Below, piece by piece: positions 25,144-37,424 of a DNA stretch of 64,000 nt. The notes below the pieces were generated by a model that made no database searches, was not told the DNA's origin, and saw nothing but the letters and a program-made list of their open reading frames with translations. Numbering within the stretch: position 1 is the first letter of the stretch; each line of letters begins with the position of its first letter. This stretch comes from Callorhinchus milii (Eukaryota): the NCBI RefSeq assembly GCF_018977255.1, contig NW_024704753.1:7440001-7504000 (forward strand), given 5' to 3'. Position numbers and translations under genes: made by a program.

Positions 25144-26701
25144 TCTCGGCTTGTCTCAGCACTAAATAAGGTGGTACATTCTCATTCCTTAATCAAATGC
25201 ATCGAGTCATCTTTATGCAACATTTCTGACCCTGCCTCATTGCTCCATACATAAAGGATGATGTAAGACATGCTCATGTGATTTATTTTGATAAATAGGT
25301 TAATAATCTTCAATCGGGTTTTAATCCATAAAGCGATGATGCATGTTATTAATTCCCGTTTGAGATTGGGCTCGCTGCTCTTGAAATTGCTACTTTAAAT
25401 TCCACAGCTGTTTTACACTCATCATTTCCAGCCTCTATCGTGATGAGTTTGGTCAGATTCGTTATCACTATAATTGTGTTAGATTATGCAAATTATCCAT
25501 CCTAAAGTGCAGAGGAATAAATTGGATTCGGAGGTTCCCTCATTCAAATGCATACTGCTGGAAGGTCCAATAAAGTTTCAGGCTGACAACCCTACTCTTG
25601 TCAGCCTGATATCCATTGTTGAAGAAGAATAGTTTATTGACTTCCTTGTATAGGACGCCTCTCAGTCCATCAGCACCTCTTCCTCGGTCTTGGTGACACG
25701 ACTGTATTGCACCAGTGGCATTTGAATGTGTCCATTTCTGAGTAGAGTGCTTCAACCAAGTCAGCATTCACTGCTCTGAGTAGCAGCCTGCTCCATCTGT
25801 TAGCAACTCTTAAGTGTGAAGTTGTTACTCCTTATGTTTAGCTCCAGGTTTACTTGGCTTACAATAACGTGTCCTAATTCTCTTGATTTGCTGCGAATGC
25901 ACCCATTCGAGCTTGTAAAAACATCACAGTATTGAGGTGGCTTGAAGAGAGAACAGGAAGCTGCAGAAACTGTGCCCTATAATATCCAATCAATACTATA
26001 TCCTGTGAGAGACAGGTGTGGAAGAGCTCCATTGACACATACGTGGTCAGAGGAACAGAAATGTCAAGGAATAGCCAGAGACTCGTTCAGCAACATCCTC
26101 CTCAACAGAATATGTTCCCTTTGAGGGCAGCACTTCAATATAAACATGTTAGTCTTTAGAGGTAACAGTGCTAGCTTGTTTATATTAAAATGCTGCAGAG
26201 GGAATACACAGAATAGCATCAAATCTTGAAACCTTCCCTTATACACTGGCTGTGAACTGATCGGGTAAAGCACACTGACATCTGTGTCTGTCTATATTGT
26301 ATATTTCACGTTTGTGAATGGTCTTTGGAGCCAGTTGGTAAACAATCGTTTGATTCTGAGCACCAAGATGTGGCCTTCAGTGGAGTGGAGATTGAGTTTA
26401 GGCCATGAGCCTGAGAGTGGTAACTAAACATGTCACATGCACCAGCACAGGTCTGTGAGTTTACTGCCTTACCATATCTTTCACTTCAAACATACATAAC
26501 ACTTTGGCAACTATTTGGAATCAATTTAAGGTGTTACTGTTTATAGAATATGTTCTTTAGATCTGAAGTTCATTAATCTAGGTCCTTTGAACAAGGTTCC
26601 AAAAGGGAGATCTGTCATGACAGAGTAACTCTGTTCCTTCTTACGTTCATGAGTTTTCCTCCAGTTCACTCACCTGCTCATGACTTTCTGTCTCTTTCTA
26701 G

Positions 26702-26768
26702 ATACTTATGGACCATCGGTAAGAATGTGTGGAAGAGATGGAAGAAAAGATTCTTTGTTCTTGTGCAG
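26702..26768 (+). CDS. CADPS: CADPS coding exon (start of PH domain), 67 nt
   Basis: tctttctag / GTAAAT; [22 protein letters not shown], closer to CAPS1 than CAPS2 as recalled. Confidence 0.95.
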
Positions 26769-26889
26769 GTAAATGAAAGTAAATGGTCTGATGTGCCTTT
26801 GAGATTCATTCTAGTGTGCGGTTCTATGGGCACTGGTTGCCCTCCAGTTATCCACCCAAGTGAACATGTTCATGTATGTAAAAAAAAAG

Positions 26890-27080
26890 GCAAAATACTG
26901 CAAATGCTGGAAATCTGAAATAAAAACAGAAGTTGCTGGGAACACTCAGCAGCTCGGGCAGCATCTATGAAGAAAGGAAAGTGAGTTCCTGAAGATCATC
27001 GACCTGCAATGTTAACTTACTTTCCTCTCCATAGATGCTGCCTGACCTGCTGAGTGTTCCCAGTGACTTCTGTTTTTATG
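26890..27080. repeat. Palindromic interspersed repeat (Penelope-like terminal-repeat derivative)
   Basis: Arms ~26920-26987 and ~27014-27079 are imperfect reverse complements; loop contains CTGAAGA. Confidence 0.7.
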
Positions 27081-27594
27081 TTCATGTGTAAGCCTTGGCA
27101 GTGAGCTGAATGCCACACAAAAACACACACACTAGAACATGCTGAAGAGGAACAAGCAGCAGGAACCTGGTCTGATTTGACTTCTTAACCCTTGCAAAGG
27201 TTGGGGCTAATTTAGCATTCGATGCAGCCTCTCACTTTTTAAAAGGTTTCAATAGCTGCAGAAGTGAGGATGTCAAGAATTTTTCCTATTACAGATTCAC
27301 ATCTTAGAATTTACATATAGAGAGTAAAAGGCACAGAATGTCAAGGTGAGCACATTAACCAACAAAGTAAGAATAACATCCCACTCACTTCTCTCAAGAG
27401 CAAAAGTGTCTCTCCCCCTCCTCCCTCTGTGTCTTTGAAATAGGGGAGAATTCCATCCTAAAAATGAAATGTGACCATTCAACAATGTTATTTGAATGAA
27501 CAGCAGGTGGCAGCACTATGTCAATATGGGTGAAGCACACTGACAAGTGTGTCTGTCTGTTTTGTATCCAGATCATATTGTGGGCTGCATTATA

Positions 27595-28565
27595 ATATAA
27601 TACAAAATTACATTTGTAAAGCACCTTTCACGTTGAAAGGATGAGCCAAGGCACTGGCCAGTCAGGGATTTGTACCCTAGCATGAGGGTTGGGATCAGGA
27701 AGGGTGGAGGGTGGCCGAAGGCATGGTTGAAAAGGAGGGTTTTGAGATGTGCCTTGAAGGAGACAAGGGAGGGAATGAGGCAAAGGGGCTATAGGCTGGA
27801 ATTCCAAAGGTTTGGGGCAGGCAGGGAGTTAGCGCAGTCGAGCCTGGATGTGACAAATGCATGGATGAGGGTCTTGGTGGCCTGAGGGGTGAGGCAGTGG
27901 CGGAGCCGGGCGATGTAGCAGAGGTGGGGAAGATAGAACGAGTCATGGCAAGGATGTGGGGTAGAAAGGTCAGTTAAGGGTCAAACAAGATGCCAAGGTT
28001 CCGGACTGGCTCAGTGGGGTGGAGTGTGTAACCATGGATGGAGATGCTGTCAGCGCCTGAGGTGAGGAGGCACTGACGGGAGCCAATCAGGAGACCCTCG
28101 GTCTTGATGACATACAACTGTAGAAAGTTAGCTCTCATCCAGGACTTGATGTCTCACAGACATTCTGCCAGGATGTCAGTTGTCCTGGAGTCAAGGGTGG
28201 AGGCAGAGAGATAGAGTTGGGTGTCATCCGCATACATGTGGAAGTTGACCCCATGGCTGCGGATGACTTCAGCAAGAAGGAGCATATACAGAATGAGGAA
28301 GAGAGGACCAAGGACAGAGCCCTTAGGAACACCGCACGAGATAGTGCGGGGGCTGGAGGAGAAGCTATTTGTGGAGACAAAGTGGAGATGGTGTGAGAAG
28401 TAGGATCAGAACCACTCAATGCCAGGACCATGAAGGTTGAGGTGAATGGAGAGGCGGTGGACTAGGATAGAGTGGTCGACTGTATCAAAGGCAGCAGAGA
28501 GGTTAAGGAGAACGAGGAGACAGAGGGAGCCCTGGTCACAGATGGACAAAATGTCATTTGTCACT
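27595..28565 (-). mobile_element. L2 LINE fragment with internal deletion
   Basis: [31 protein letters not shown]; similar to 6920-8255. Confidence 0.9.
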
Positions 28566-29599
28566 GATATTCTGTGCAGTGCATTGGTTATGTATGTTGT
28601 AGGTGAATTTATTGACAAAAACAAAATGTGGAAGTAGCAGAAATTGGTGTATTTCTAGCCCTGCGTGGCTAATTGTGAGTACTAAATACGCAGCAGTCTT
28701 GATACAACAGTTCTCCGCATTTTTAAACTATCCCTTTACCGCAATGTAGCGAACTGTAACTGTGTTTTAAGCAGCAACATCTACTTGGAATGAAGCAGGC
28801 ATTAAGTGCTGATGCTCTACCTGGCCTCAGATGTAATGAAAGTATGTAAACTGCCATCATCATTTTGGTTTAAGTTTGTTTTAGATACTATCGTTATCTT
28901 TTGCTCTTTTTATCGATGGGCTTTGTTAGTGGGATTATTTCTAAGGGCGAAGGGCGGGGTTCAGGGATATTCAAAGCTCATTTGCAGGATTTTAGTGGGG
29001 GTGGGGGGTTCTTGTTCCAGACGATCAGATCAGTTGCAGTCCCTAAACTTCCTCTCCATCTGAGGCAACAATTCACAAGCAATTCCTGCAATCCCATGCG
29101 GTCTCCTCTATATCGGTGATACCAACTGCAGATTGAGTACAGAGCTTTTCAGCTCTGACCAAGGGTTCATGACCAAAATATTAACCTTCAGATGCTCAGT
29201 GAGCTCCTGCATATTTCTAGCATTCCATTTTTTTTGCTGATTTCCAACATTTTCACATTGTCTTTCTACTAAATGTACAAATAAGATGATGAAAAGTGTG
29301 CTCTCTTTTTATGTGCAGAGCCTGCACAGGTATTTTGATGGATTTGCCATTGGATTTTGGCTTCCTTACAGATTCTTGTAATTACTTTGGATTGATTCCC
29401 CCCTCCTGCTGCTTCTCTGTTGTTTTGTCTGGTTCAGAAAGACTTTATAGATGTTACATGTCCTTCTCACATTATCTAAAGACTTTTCACATGGCATTTC
29501 CAGCTCTTTTGCTCCTCTTGTCATGTGAGATGAAATTCCGGTTAGTGTTACACGTATTGGCATTGGTGATGTCGGCCTTTGGTGGGATTTCACCTTTAA

Positions 29600-29930
29600 G
29601 TACCTCCATGGTCTTACCTCACCCTACCTCTGCAACCATAGAAACCCGCCCACTCCTTCCACTTGGTGGCCTGCTTCACATCCCTCGTCCTACCTGCCCC
29701 ACTATCGGGCCTTCAGCCAATCTGCCCCCACTCTCTGGAACTCCATTGTGGAGTTCCTACTCTCTCCACCTTCAAGATCCACCTCAAGATGTCCAACTAT
29801 GCCTTTGATCATCTACCCCCACCACACCCCTCAGCTCAGGTCTAAACCTGGTCTGTCCAGTTCCTTGGGACAACCTCATGACATGAGAGGTGCTATCTAA
29901 ATGTGGATTTGATGTTTATGTTGTTGTTAT
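29600..29930 (+). mobile_element. Degraded L2 3' end
   Basis: GLLHIPRPTCPTIG; tail gggacaacctcatgacatgagaggtgct...ttgttgtt. Confidence 0.7.
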
Positions 29931-32258
29931 AATTGCGCATTTACCAAAGTCTCTACATAGAGCAGTGAGTGGAATTTCAGCGCTATGGTTAGTTACCTTG
30001 TATATGATAAAATTTAATGTTTGATGTGGTTTTAGTTTCCAGATACTTTTTAACCTCTCCACCCCTCAATTTATAATAAAGATTTACTCAAGAGTGGAGT
30101 GACTGCAGATTTGTAGGTGAATGGGACTATTTGCACAAATTAATTGCCACGTCGATGTCCCGCAACTAGTCATGAAGTGAAGGAAGGCACCTCTGACAAT
30201 GCCGTGCTCCTCCAGCATTGTATTGGAGTATCATTCCAGACAGTCAGTTCAAAGTGCCAACATGGGGCTTAAATGAGCCAGGCTGACACCAGTACCAGCA
30301 TATTTGCACTTGTATGCTTTTCACATAGAAAAATGTTTCAAAGTCATCAACACTGAACCATTGGATCAGCATATCTGAATGATTTTCCAGCCAAAGACTT
30401 TATTGCTCTCTGTGATAGGTAGTAGTAGCACTGAAACGACTCCATCTTGGTTACAACATGAATGTGACCTTCTCCATGTCCAGCTCAGGAAGATGAAGAC
30501 ACCTGGCACTAGATGGTTAGAAGGTACCAACGGGCAACTTTCCTTCAATGATCTCAACACAATTGGCAACCATTTGTATGTAGTGATTTCTCAGTAAATT
30601 GCCCAGTGTATTCTGTAGCACATTATGATAAGATTTCCAGCAGTGCCAGTTCAAATCGACTTAAAAAGCTCCATCAGAACATGTCAAAGCCTTGCCGTTA
30701 CCTTGGGGGGAGGGGAGAGTTCCACTCTGTTGACACTGCCCATAGATCGGTAGAAATAATTTCACCAATGCATTATTCTTTCCTCATTTCATGTAAAAGC
30801 TGCTGTTCTGCACAGATTATTTAAATCCCACATATTTCATGTGAGAGGTCATTAAAGTGTTAAAAGTGTTTAAAAAATGTTCTTGATAAAAGCTAACTGT
30901 AGCTTTATCAAGGTTTTCCAAAGACACTAATTTGCAGTAGAAGTTAATCACTATACTTTTGAAATGCAGGAGCACACTGAGTAAGCACATCGCCTGGAGC
31001 ACGGATAATCCTGTGTTTTCTAACAGCATTTCCTTTCAGACAATCCAAAACTTCATTGCCAAACGCTGGCTGGGGTCTGATGCGGCCTGATGGTGTCCTG
31101 AAGGCACATTGAGGCTCACAGAGCCTGGAAGAGGCCCTCCAGCTCAATGACTTGCATCAAGAACATGACATTGAATTCATCGTGTCATCCAGAAGCAAAC
31201 TCAGAGGAGTGAGAGCTGCCATTTACAGCAGTTCTGACAACAATTGCACTGATCACTGAGATTTAAGGATTGCTTAAACATGACTGGCACCAAGCCGGTC
31301 AACTCACATTGTTTGTGACAGGGTGTCACTCCTAAACTTGTCTGATCTGAATGATAGAGTGGACGAACATCAGCACAAGCTATAGCCCCAGCACAACACC
31401 ATAGTTCAGAGTCCTTGCAAGTGTTTCACTCCTTTTTTAAAAAAAAATCACAAGTTGAGCAGCTACGTGTTATTGTCAGCTGTGCTGCGCGGATATTTTA
31501 CAGTGCATAAATCAATCGACAGCATATTAAAAATAAACATGCAAAATGAAGTGTTCATCTACAACAATTGCATATTTTTATTTTGCTAATGCAGCTCTAG
31601 TATTTACTGCCTGCATATTTCAAAACTACATATTCACACCAAGTGCTGCTATCTATATATATATATAATAGTGTTGTGATTGTTTTCCCAATACCCTTCA
31701 CAACTGGGCATCCTATCAGCTTGATGCTCAGTTTAATTTGAGCCTTATTCATTTCCTCTTTTTAATCTAATTCCCTTTTCACAAGCACTCCTGTTGCTCC
31801 ATTTTTCTTTAGCAGGAAACCCGGCTTTTCAGAAGGAAAACCAGAATGACATGGCAGTTTTTTTTACTAGGTTCAGAGAATTCCATGCATCCCACCTACA
31901 CATGGAAATTCCAGAGATAATTGTTGGAATGGAATGTGCATTGTCTCCCTGGAGGGATACACCGGAAAATCGGAGATTCCACTTAACAAAATCAGCCATA
32001 AACAATGACTAAAAGCATCAGGGGTGTGGGCTGGCACTGTGTTTTGAATGTACAGTGACACCAGCCCAGGATAAGCATTGCGGTGTTGCTGGCCTGCGTG
32101 GAGCATTGTTAAATGTTCCCTAAATTTCACAAAACCTCTTTTGAAATGCAATATTTCTGTTTGGCTGTATTGTTTTAAAGCAATGATATGGAGCAGGTGG
32201 ATTTTGTTTCTGTCGTGAGTTTTTTTTAAATTATCTTTTTGTCCACTTGTCTGTTTAG

Positions 32259-32367
32259 GTCAGCCAGTACACGTTTGCAATGTGCAGTTACCGGGAGAAG
32301 AAAGCTGAGCCTCAGGAACTGTTGCAGTTGGATGGTTACACAGTGGATTACACTGACCCGCAGCCAG
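32259..32367 (+). CDS. CADPS: CADPS coding exon (PH domain), 109 nt
   Basis: ctgtttag / GTGAAA; [36 protein letters not shown]. Confidence 0.95.
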
Positions 32368-33381
32368 GTGAAAAGCTTCAGTGCACAACTGTTAAATCAA
32401 TCCAACGGCAAGAGTTGGAGAGAGCTGGGCAATAGGACACTTCACACAGACTTATCACGGAGACATTTCCGTGGTTGTATCTAGCTATTATTTTCAATTT
32501 TTGTTATACTTGGGTGAAAATTGTACCATATGTGATAATTAGCACTTGTGATAGAATCATATTACCAAAAATTGCGGTCCAAACCAGCCAGTAATTCCAA
32601 CTAATCATTAGGCCAGTGTCCCATGAGGCAGCACTGAAACACAACATTCCATGGGGGGCAAAACAATAGCGGCGGTAAGAGGCTTTCCTTTCCCTGTTGG
32701 TCTTATTCTTGTGTCTGTTCAGAACCCTTGTGAAGCTCCCCCTTTCTTTATACCCTTTAGTCAGCTTGGCTTCTACAATGGGCTAGTTAGTGTTGCAGCA
32801 ACGGTGATCTGTATGTGGTGCTAGTATACCAGTTGCAATGGAGTCCAGTGGAACATTACTTCCTTAGCAGTGCTGTGTCTCACATCCTGGTTAGACTTAT
32901 CCTGTACTTCCCTTGTAACTTTTCCAGTTTTCTTCTATATATTTCTGTGCACGTGTGTCAATGACAGTATTCAATGAGCACAAAAGTAGGTTGTTTTTAG
33001 ATCTCTAGACAGAAATTTTGAAACTCTTTCCATATTTAAATGTTTCTGTGCAGAATTGTTTGACTAATGCTTTTTCACCCCAACAGTATTGCCTTTTTTT
33101 CCCTTCATTGCATTGCTCCAATCAAGAGTTTGATGTTTTCTCTCTCTCACTCTGTCTCTCTCTTTCCTGTCCTCTCCTAACTCCACCTCCGTATCCAGCC
33201 ATCCAATTAATTTCCCAGATGTTGTAGAATTTACTGTGATAACTTGCCTTATTTTTAAAAATCTTTCTATGAGCCAATATTTAGTAGAAAGTCGAAAACG
33301 GTGAATTAAGTAATGTCTGCTGATTTAGTGGCGTGGCTGACTGTATACTCTTCACATAATTATTAATGATTCAATATCTAG

Positions 33382-33594
33382 GTTTGGAAGGTGGCAGAAC
33401 ATTCTTTAATGCAGTTAAAGAAGGCGACACAGTGATCTTTGCCAGTGATGATGAACAGGATCGTATCCTCTGGGTTCAGGCTATGTATCGTGCAACTGGT
33501 CAATCCCATAAGCCTGTGCCTCCTACCCAAGTCCAAAAACTCAATGCCAAGGGAGGAAACATACCACAGTTGGATGCTCCCATCTCCCAGTTTT
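33382..33594 (+). CDS. CADPS: CADPS coding exon (end of PH domain), 213 nt
   Basis: tatctag / GTAAGT; (G)[70 protein letters not shown]. Confidence 0.96.
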
Positions 33595-35134
33595 GTAAGT
33601 TACTCACCATATTTATGTCAAACCTGCATGTCGCATGACTTCTTAATTTCAGTTCTTTTTCTAGTAATATTCAATGGGCGCAAAAGTAGGTTATTTTTAG
33701 ATTTTTAATGTAGAATTAGCTTTTCGTTCCCCCCTTCAAATATGTTTCTGTTTTGAATGTGTATGAATGTGATTCTACTAACACTGGAACTGAAAGTTTG
33801 AGACAAGAAAATGATTTGAACAATGTGTGTATTTTTATACTTAAAGGAGAAGTGCATTTCTATGTTCTAAATCGAGGCACCTTTAATGGAGCATCTCAGT
33901 TGTCTCTTGTTGCCTCATTTAGATCTGCCAACTGAAATAGCTTGGGGGTGGAGATTGTAAGTAGAAATTCTCCTCCTCTAACATCATGAAGAAGGGCTGT
34001 TGCTTACCATCCACAGGCTCGAAATTTTACCTAGTCAGAAAATCTACAATCACGCAGAGTTGCGGAAAAATATTTTATTTTCAGCTTCTTAATTTGGAAG
34101 AAGCTTTTCCACAGTTCTTAAAACAAACGGCCACAAAATGATCCTCCTGGCTAAGATTAGGTGGAACTTCAGGCCTCGGAACTTCATGATGTCACAGGAA
34201 GGGAGTTATACCTGGAATGGTTGCTCCCAAGCTGCCCTTTAATGAATCGATCAGAAACATTGAAGAGGTTGGCAGGAGGTGTCCTGAAAGACACCAGTAA
34301 GTGTGGGTCTTTATAACCAGCATGATCATGGGATCATTTAGTATCCGCATTTAAACAGAAAAGTCGTAAATTATAAACTTCTAAAAGTGCTGCACTTTGG
34401 TGTAGAATAGCTGATATTGATTGAGCTGTGTTCATGTATAAGGAATAAGTGAACATTAATATTAAAACATTTCAGCTAAAGTCAAACTCCAACTGGGCAA
34501 TATTCTATTATTACTGTATGTGTGTGATCCTAACTATTTGGTCACCAAAACAAAAAATTGTCTTAAGCTTAAAATAATAGATCCTGCTATTCATGTCAGC
34601 TAACAATCCAGCCTTAGTTGTAAATTTAAAGACTTATTTTTTAAAAAAATTACATTGATTGTTCTCTGTAACAATATATAAACTGTTTGCTTATGTATTA
34701 AATTAAGCTTTGGGTACCTGCTGGAGAAATTAAAGATATTGTGCAACACAGTAGTTATTATAAAATTGGACAACAGTAAAATTGTGTTGATGCTTAATAG
34801 AGTAAGTACCTTATAGTACGAATATTTCATTACTAGAGTAAATTATTAGATTTAATTTAGATTTTTGCCCCTGTTCAGAGTTTTCAGTAGGTCTTTTTTG
34901 AGGTAATAATAATAATAATAATAATTCTTGCATTTGATAGAGCGCTTTTCACGTCTTCTAGACGTCTCAAAGCGCTTCACAGAATACGCTGTAAATGAGG
35001 CATAATGTCTTCCTGGCAGGTGAAATTTAAAACTGTGCTCTTTGTTTAAGTCAGTTTGCTGTTTAATTGTGTTGAATGTTTAATAGAGTAAGTGAACCCA
35101 CACTGATTATGGCAGTCCAATAACACCCTGCCTG

Positions 35135-35426
35135 TTAACCCTTTGACTCCCTTAAAGAAAGGACATGGATCATCTACGAGTGTAGGCCAACATCTGTAGA
35201 GAATTCACTGGATGGTTTCACTTTCAAAGCATTCCAATGTGGTGAACACTTTCAGTATGAAAACGTGTTGTAAATTCTGTGGAGATGTGCCATACCCCTC
35301 CAGTTATACAGTCCCTCTTTGATAGAACGCCTAAGGAAGATGCTTACACAAAAGTAGGTGTAAATATATGAAGTTTGCTATGTCCCAATTCAATCATGAT
35401 CTTTGAAACAACAGTCAAAGGGTTAA
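35135..35426. repeat. 14-bp inverted repeat TTAACCCTTTGACT...AGTCAAAGGGTTAA enclosing ~265 bp
   Basis: Perfect reverse complements at 35135-35148 and 35413-35426. Confidence 0.6.
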
Positions 35427-35619
35427 AGAGGAAGCAAGTCAACACACAAGCATTTGATAACGTTTGTAGACTAGGAAAGAAGTTGCTGTAAAATATTTTG
35501 AGATTTTTTTTTGCCTTGGGTTTCTATTGAACTAAGATTTGCCTAAAATAGTCCCAACCACAGAATTACCTAGTAATCAATTGTATGCACGTTCTCAATA
35601 AACCTAGGAAAGGAATTGT

Positions 35620-35886
35620 TAATAATAATAATAAATAATAATCCTTGCATTTGATATAGCGCTTTTCACGTCTTCTTGACGTCTCAAAGCGCTTCACAGA
35701 ATAGACTGTAAAGTGAATTGACTGTATATTTGTGGGTGAAATGCGGCAGCCAATTGCGCACAGCAGTGTCCCACAAACAGTCGTGGATTGAAAATGACCA
35801 ATTATTGTTTTGTTTTGGAGGGATTATTATTAGGCGTGTGGAGTAAGGAAACTTGCCCAAAGTTTCGCCCTGCCTGGAATGAACCC
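35620..35886 (-). mobile_element. tRNA-headed SINE, head truncated
   Basis: Reverse complement of SINE body and tail; another 3'-end-only copy at ~34907-34995. Confidence 0.88.
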
Positions 35887-37412
35887 ATTGTTGTATAAAC
35901 TAACTCTTTAACTATCAATGGGGACCTTATAGAGGAATATCATATTTTAAAAGGGATTGGTAAAGTAAACCCAGAACAATGCTAGATGACGCAGCAAGAC
36001 AGTAGAACAAAATAACACGGGTTTAGAACTGAATGGCCTCCTTCATCTGAACTGATCTTGTGGGTGAGTGGGTTGTAAAAGACAACTTCCAGATAAAGAA
36101 ACTTGTATGAAAATATGATATAAACATTAAAATAAAATTGTTGGGTGCCAATCTAATAGAGCCAAACATGATTTCCAATGGAATTCTTCAATAAGGAAAC
36201 AGTAAGTATGGCATATAGACTCTCAGGCATTCTGTTCAATTGCAATCAATCCACTTCTCAGAGCAAAATTTCTGCATGGCTTTGCATAGCCCACTTCCCA
36301 GTCACTGGAAGGAGTCTCCATTTGGTTTCTTTTATTAAGGAATCCCTTTGGAAATTGCCACATCTAGGTTGTCATTATGTACACTTTTCTGTACATTAGC
36401 TGAAACATTTATAGGCATAGGCAATTTCTGCGTTACCAAATTTGATTTTCCTTTTTGTACAGTGTTGTTGTATATTAATTTTAACGTTAGATTGTTAATG
36501 AAACAATATTATTCCAATGGAGATTTCAATCTGCAATTGTAGCATTTACCTGTAGCATATTGGTGATGCACAAATTTATAAAATTAATAATCATGATGAA
36601 AGGAACTCATCTAAGTGTACATTTTGAAATTATATATCAAGTAACCATTGTACAGAATCCTCTTGTAAACAGACCATTATCTTTTATATTAGACTTTAGT
36701 TTGACCTTTTCAAATACATATCCAGCCAGCTGCCTACTTGTCCTATTTATTTGATAATTAAATTCCTGCATGTGGGCATATTTCACCTTAAAGAATCCTG
36801 TTTAAAATGACATCTGTTGTGTTACAAACGTACAGATCGAGAGTGGAGTAAAAAGATTTCATGCTGCCAATTAGTCATATTTAATGAAGGGAGGAAAACC
36901 TTGAATCATTTATATATAAAAAATATTTTGCATTTAGTTTTGTTCCTGATCTTCATAGGTTATCAAAGGTTTCTGTGTTGATTTGCAGTCTCCAATCAAA
37001 AGTGCTGTATGAATGTGACAGACAGTTCTTACTCAGTTCTTAGAAGTCCTGATTAAAACCCATGTATTTTGTACAGTTACAGATTTCAGCCACAGCCAAT
37101 TCTAACAATACAAACTGCATTGAATAATTGGCAACTGCTAGCTTACAAACTGGAGCATCTTACAATTTATGTATTGTGTATGCAAAGCTGTTACATTTTT
37201 ATCTGTGTGATATTAACATTTCTTGGCAGTTTAAACCAGAAGAGAAGTGTTTTGCTAGATGTTCTGTTGTGTTTTCTTTTTCTTTGCTTGAACCCTAGTA
37301 CTTTGAATGACACTACCTTCTGCTAGGTTAGGGTTCCTATCTGCTTTCCTGAGCCTTGTTGCTAGTCTTTATGTTGTTCTGGTTTGTTCCTTCTTACCCT
37401 GCTAACTTCTAG

Positions 37413-37424
37413 CTGGACTAAAGG
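37413..37424 (+). CDS. CADPS: CADPS 12-nt microexon (F-Y-A becomes F-S-G-L-K-D-A)
   Basis: ttcttaccctgctaacttctAG|CTGGACTAAAGG|GTAAGT; phase 1/1 symmetric; SGLKD insert recalled from vertebrate CAPS1 isoforms. Confidence 0.85.

Noticed and set aside
29296-29808. 170-aa ORF
   Set aside because: Chance ORF ending in degraded L2 sequence; no splice or homology support
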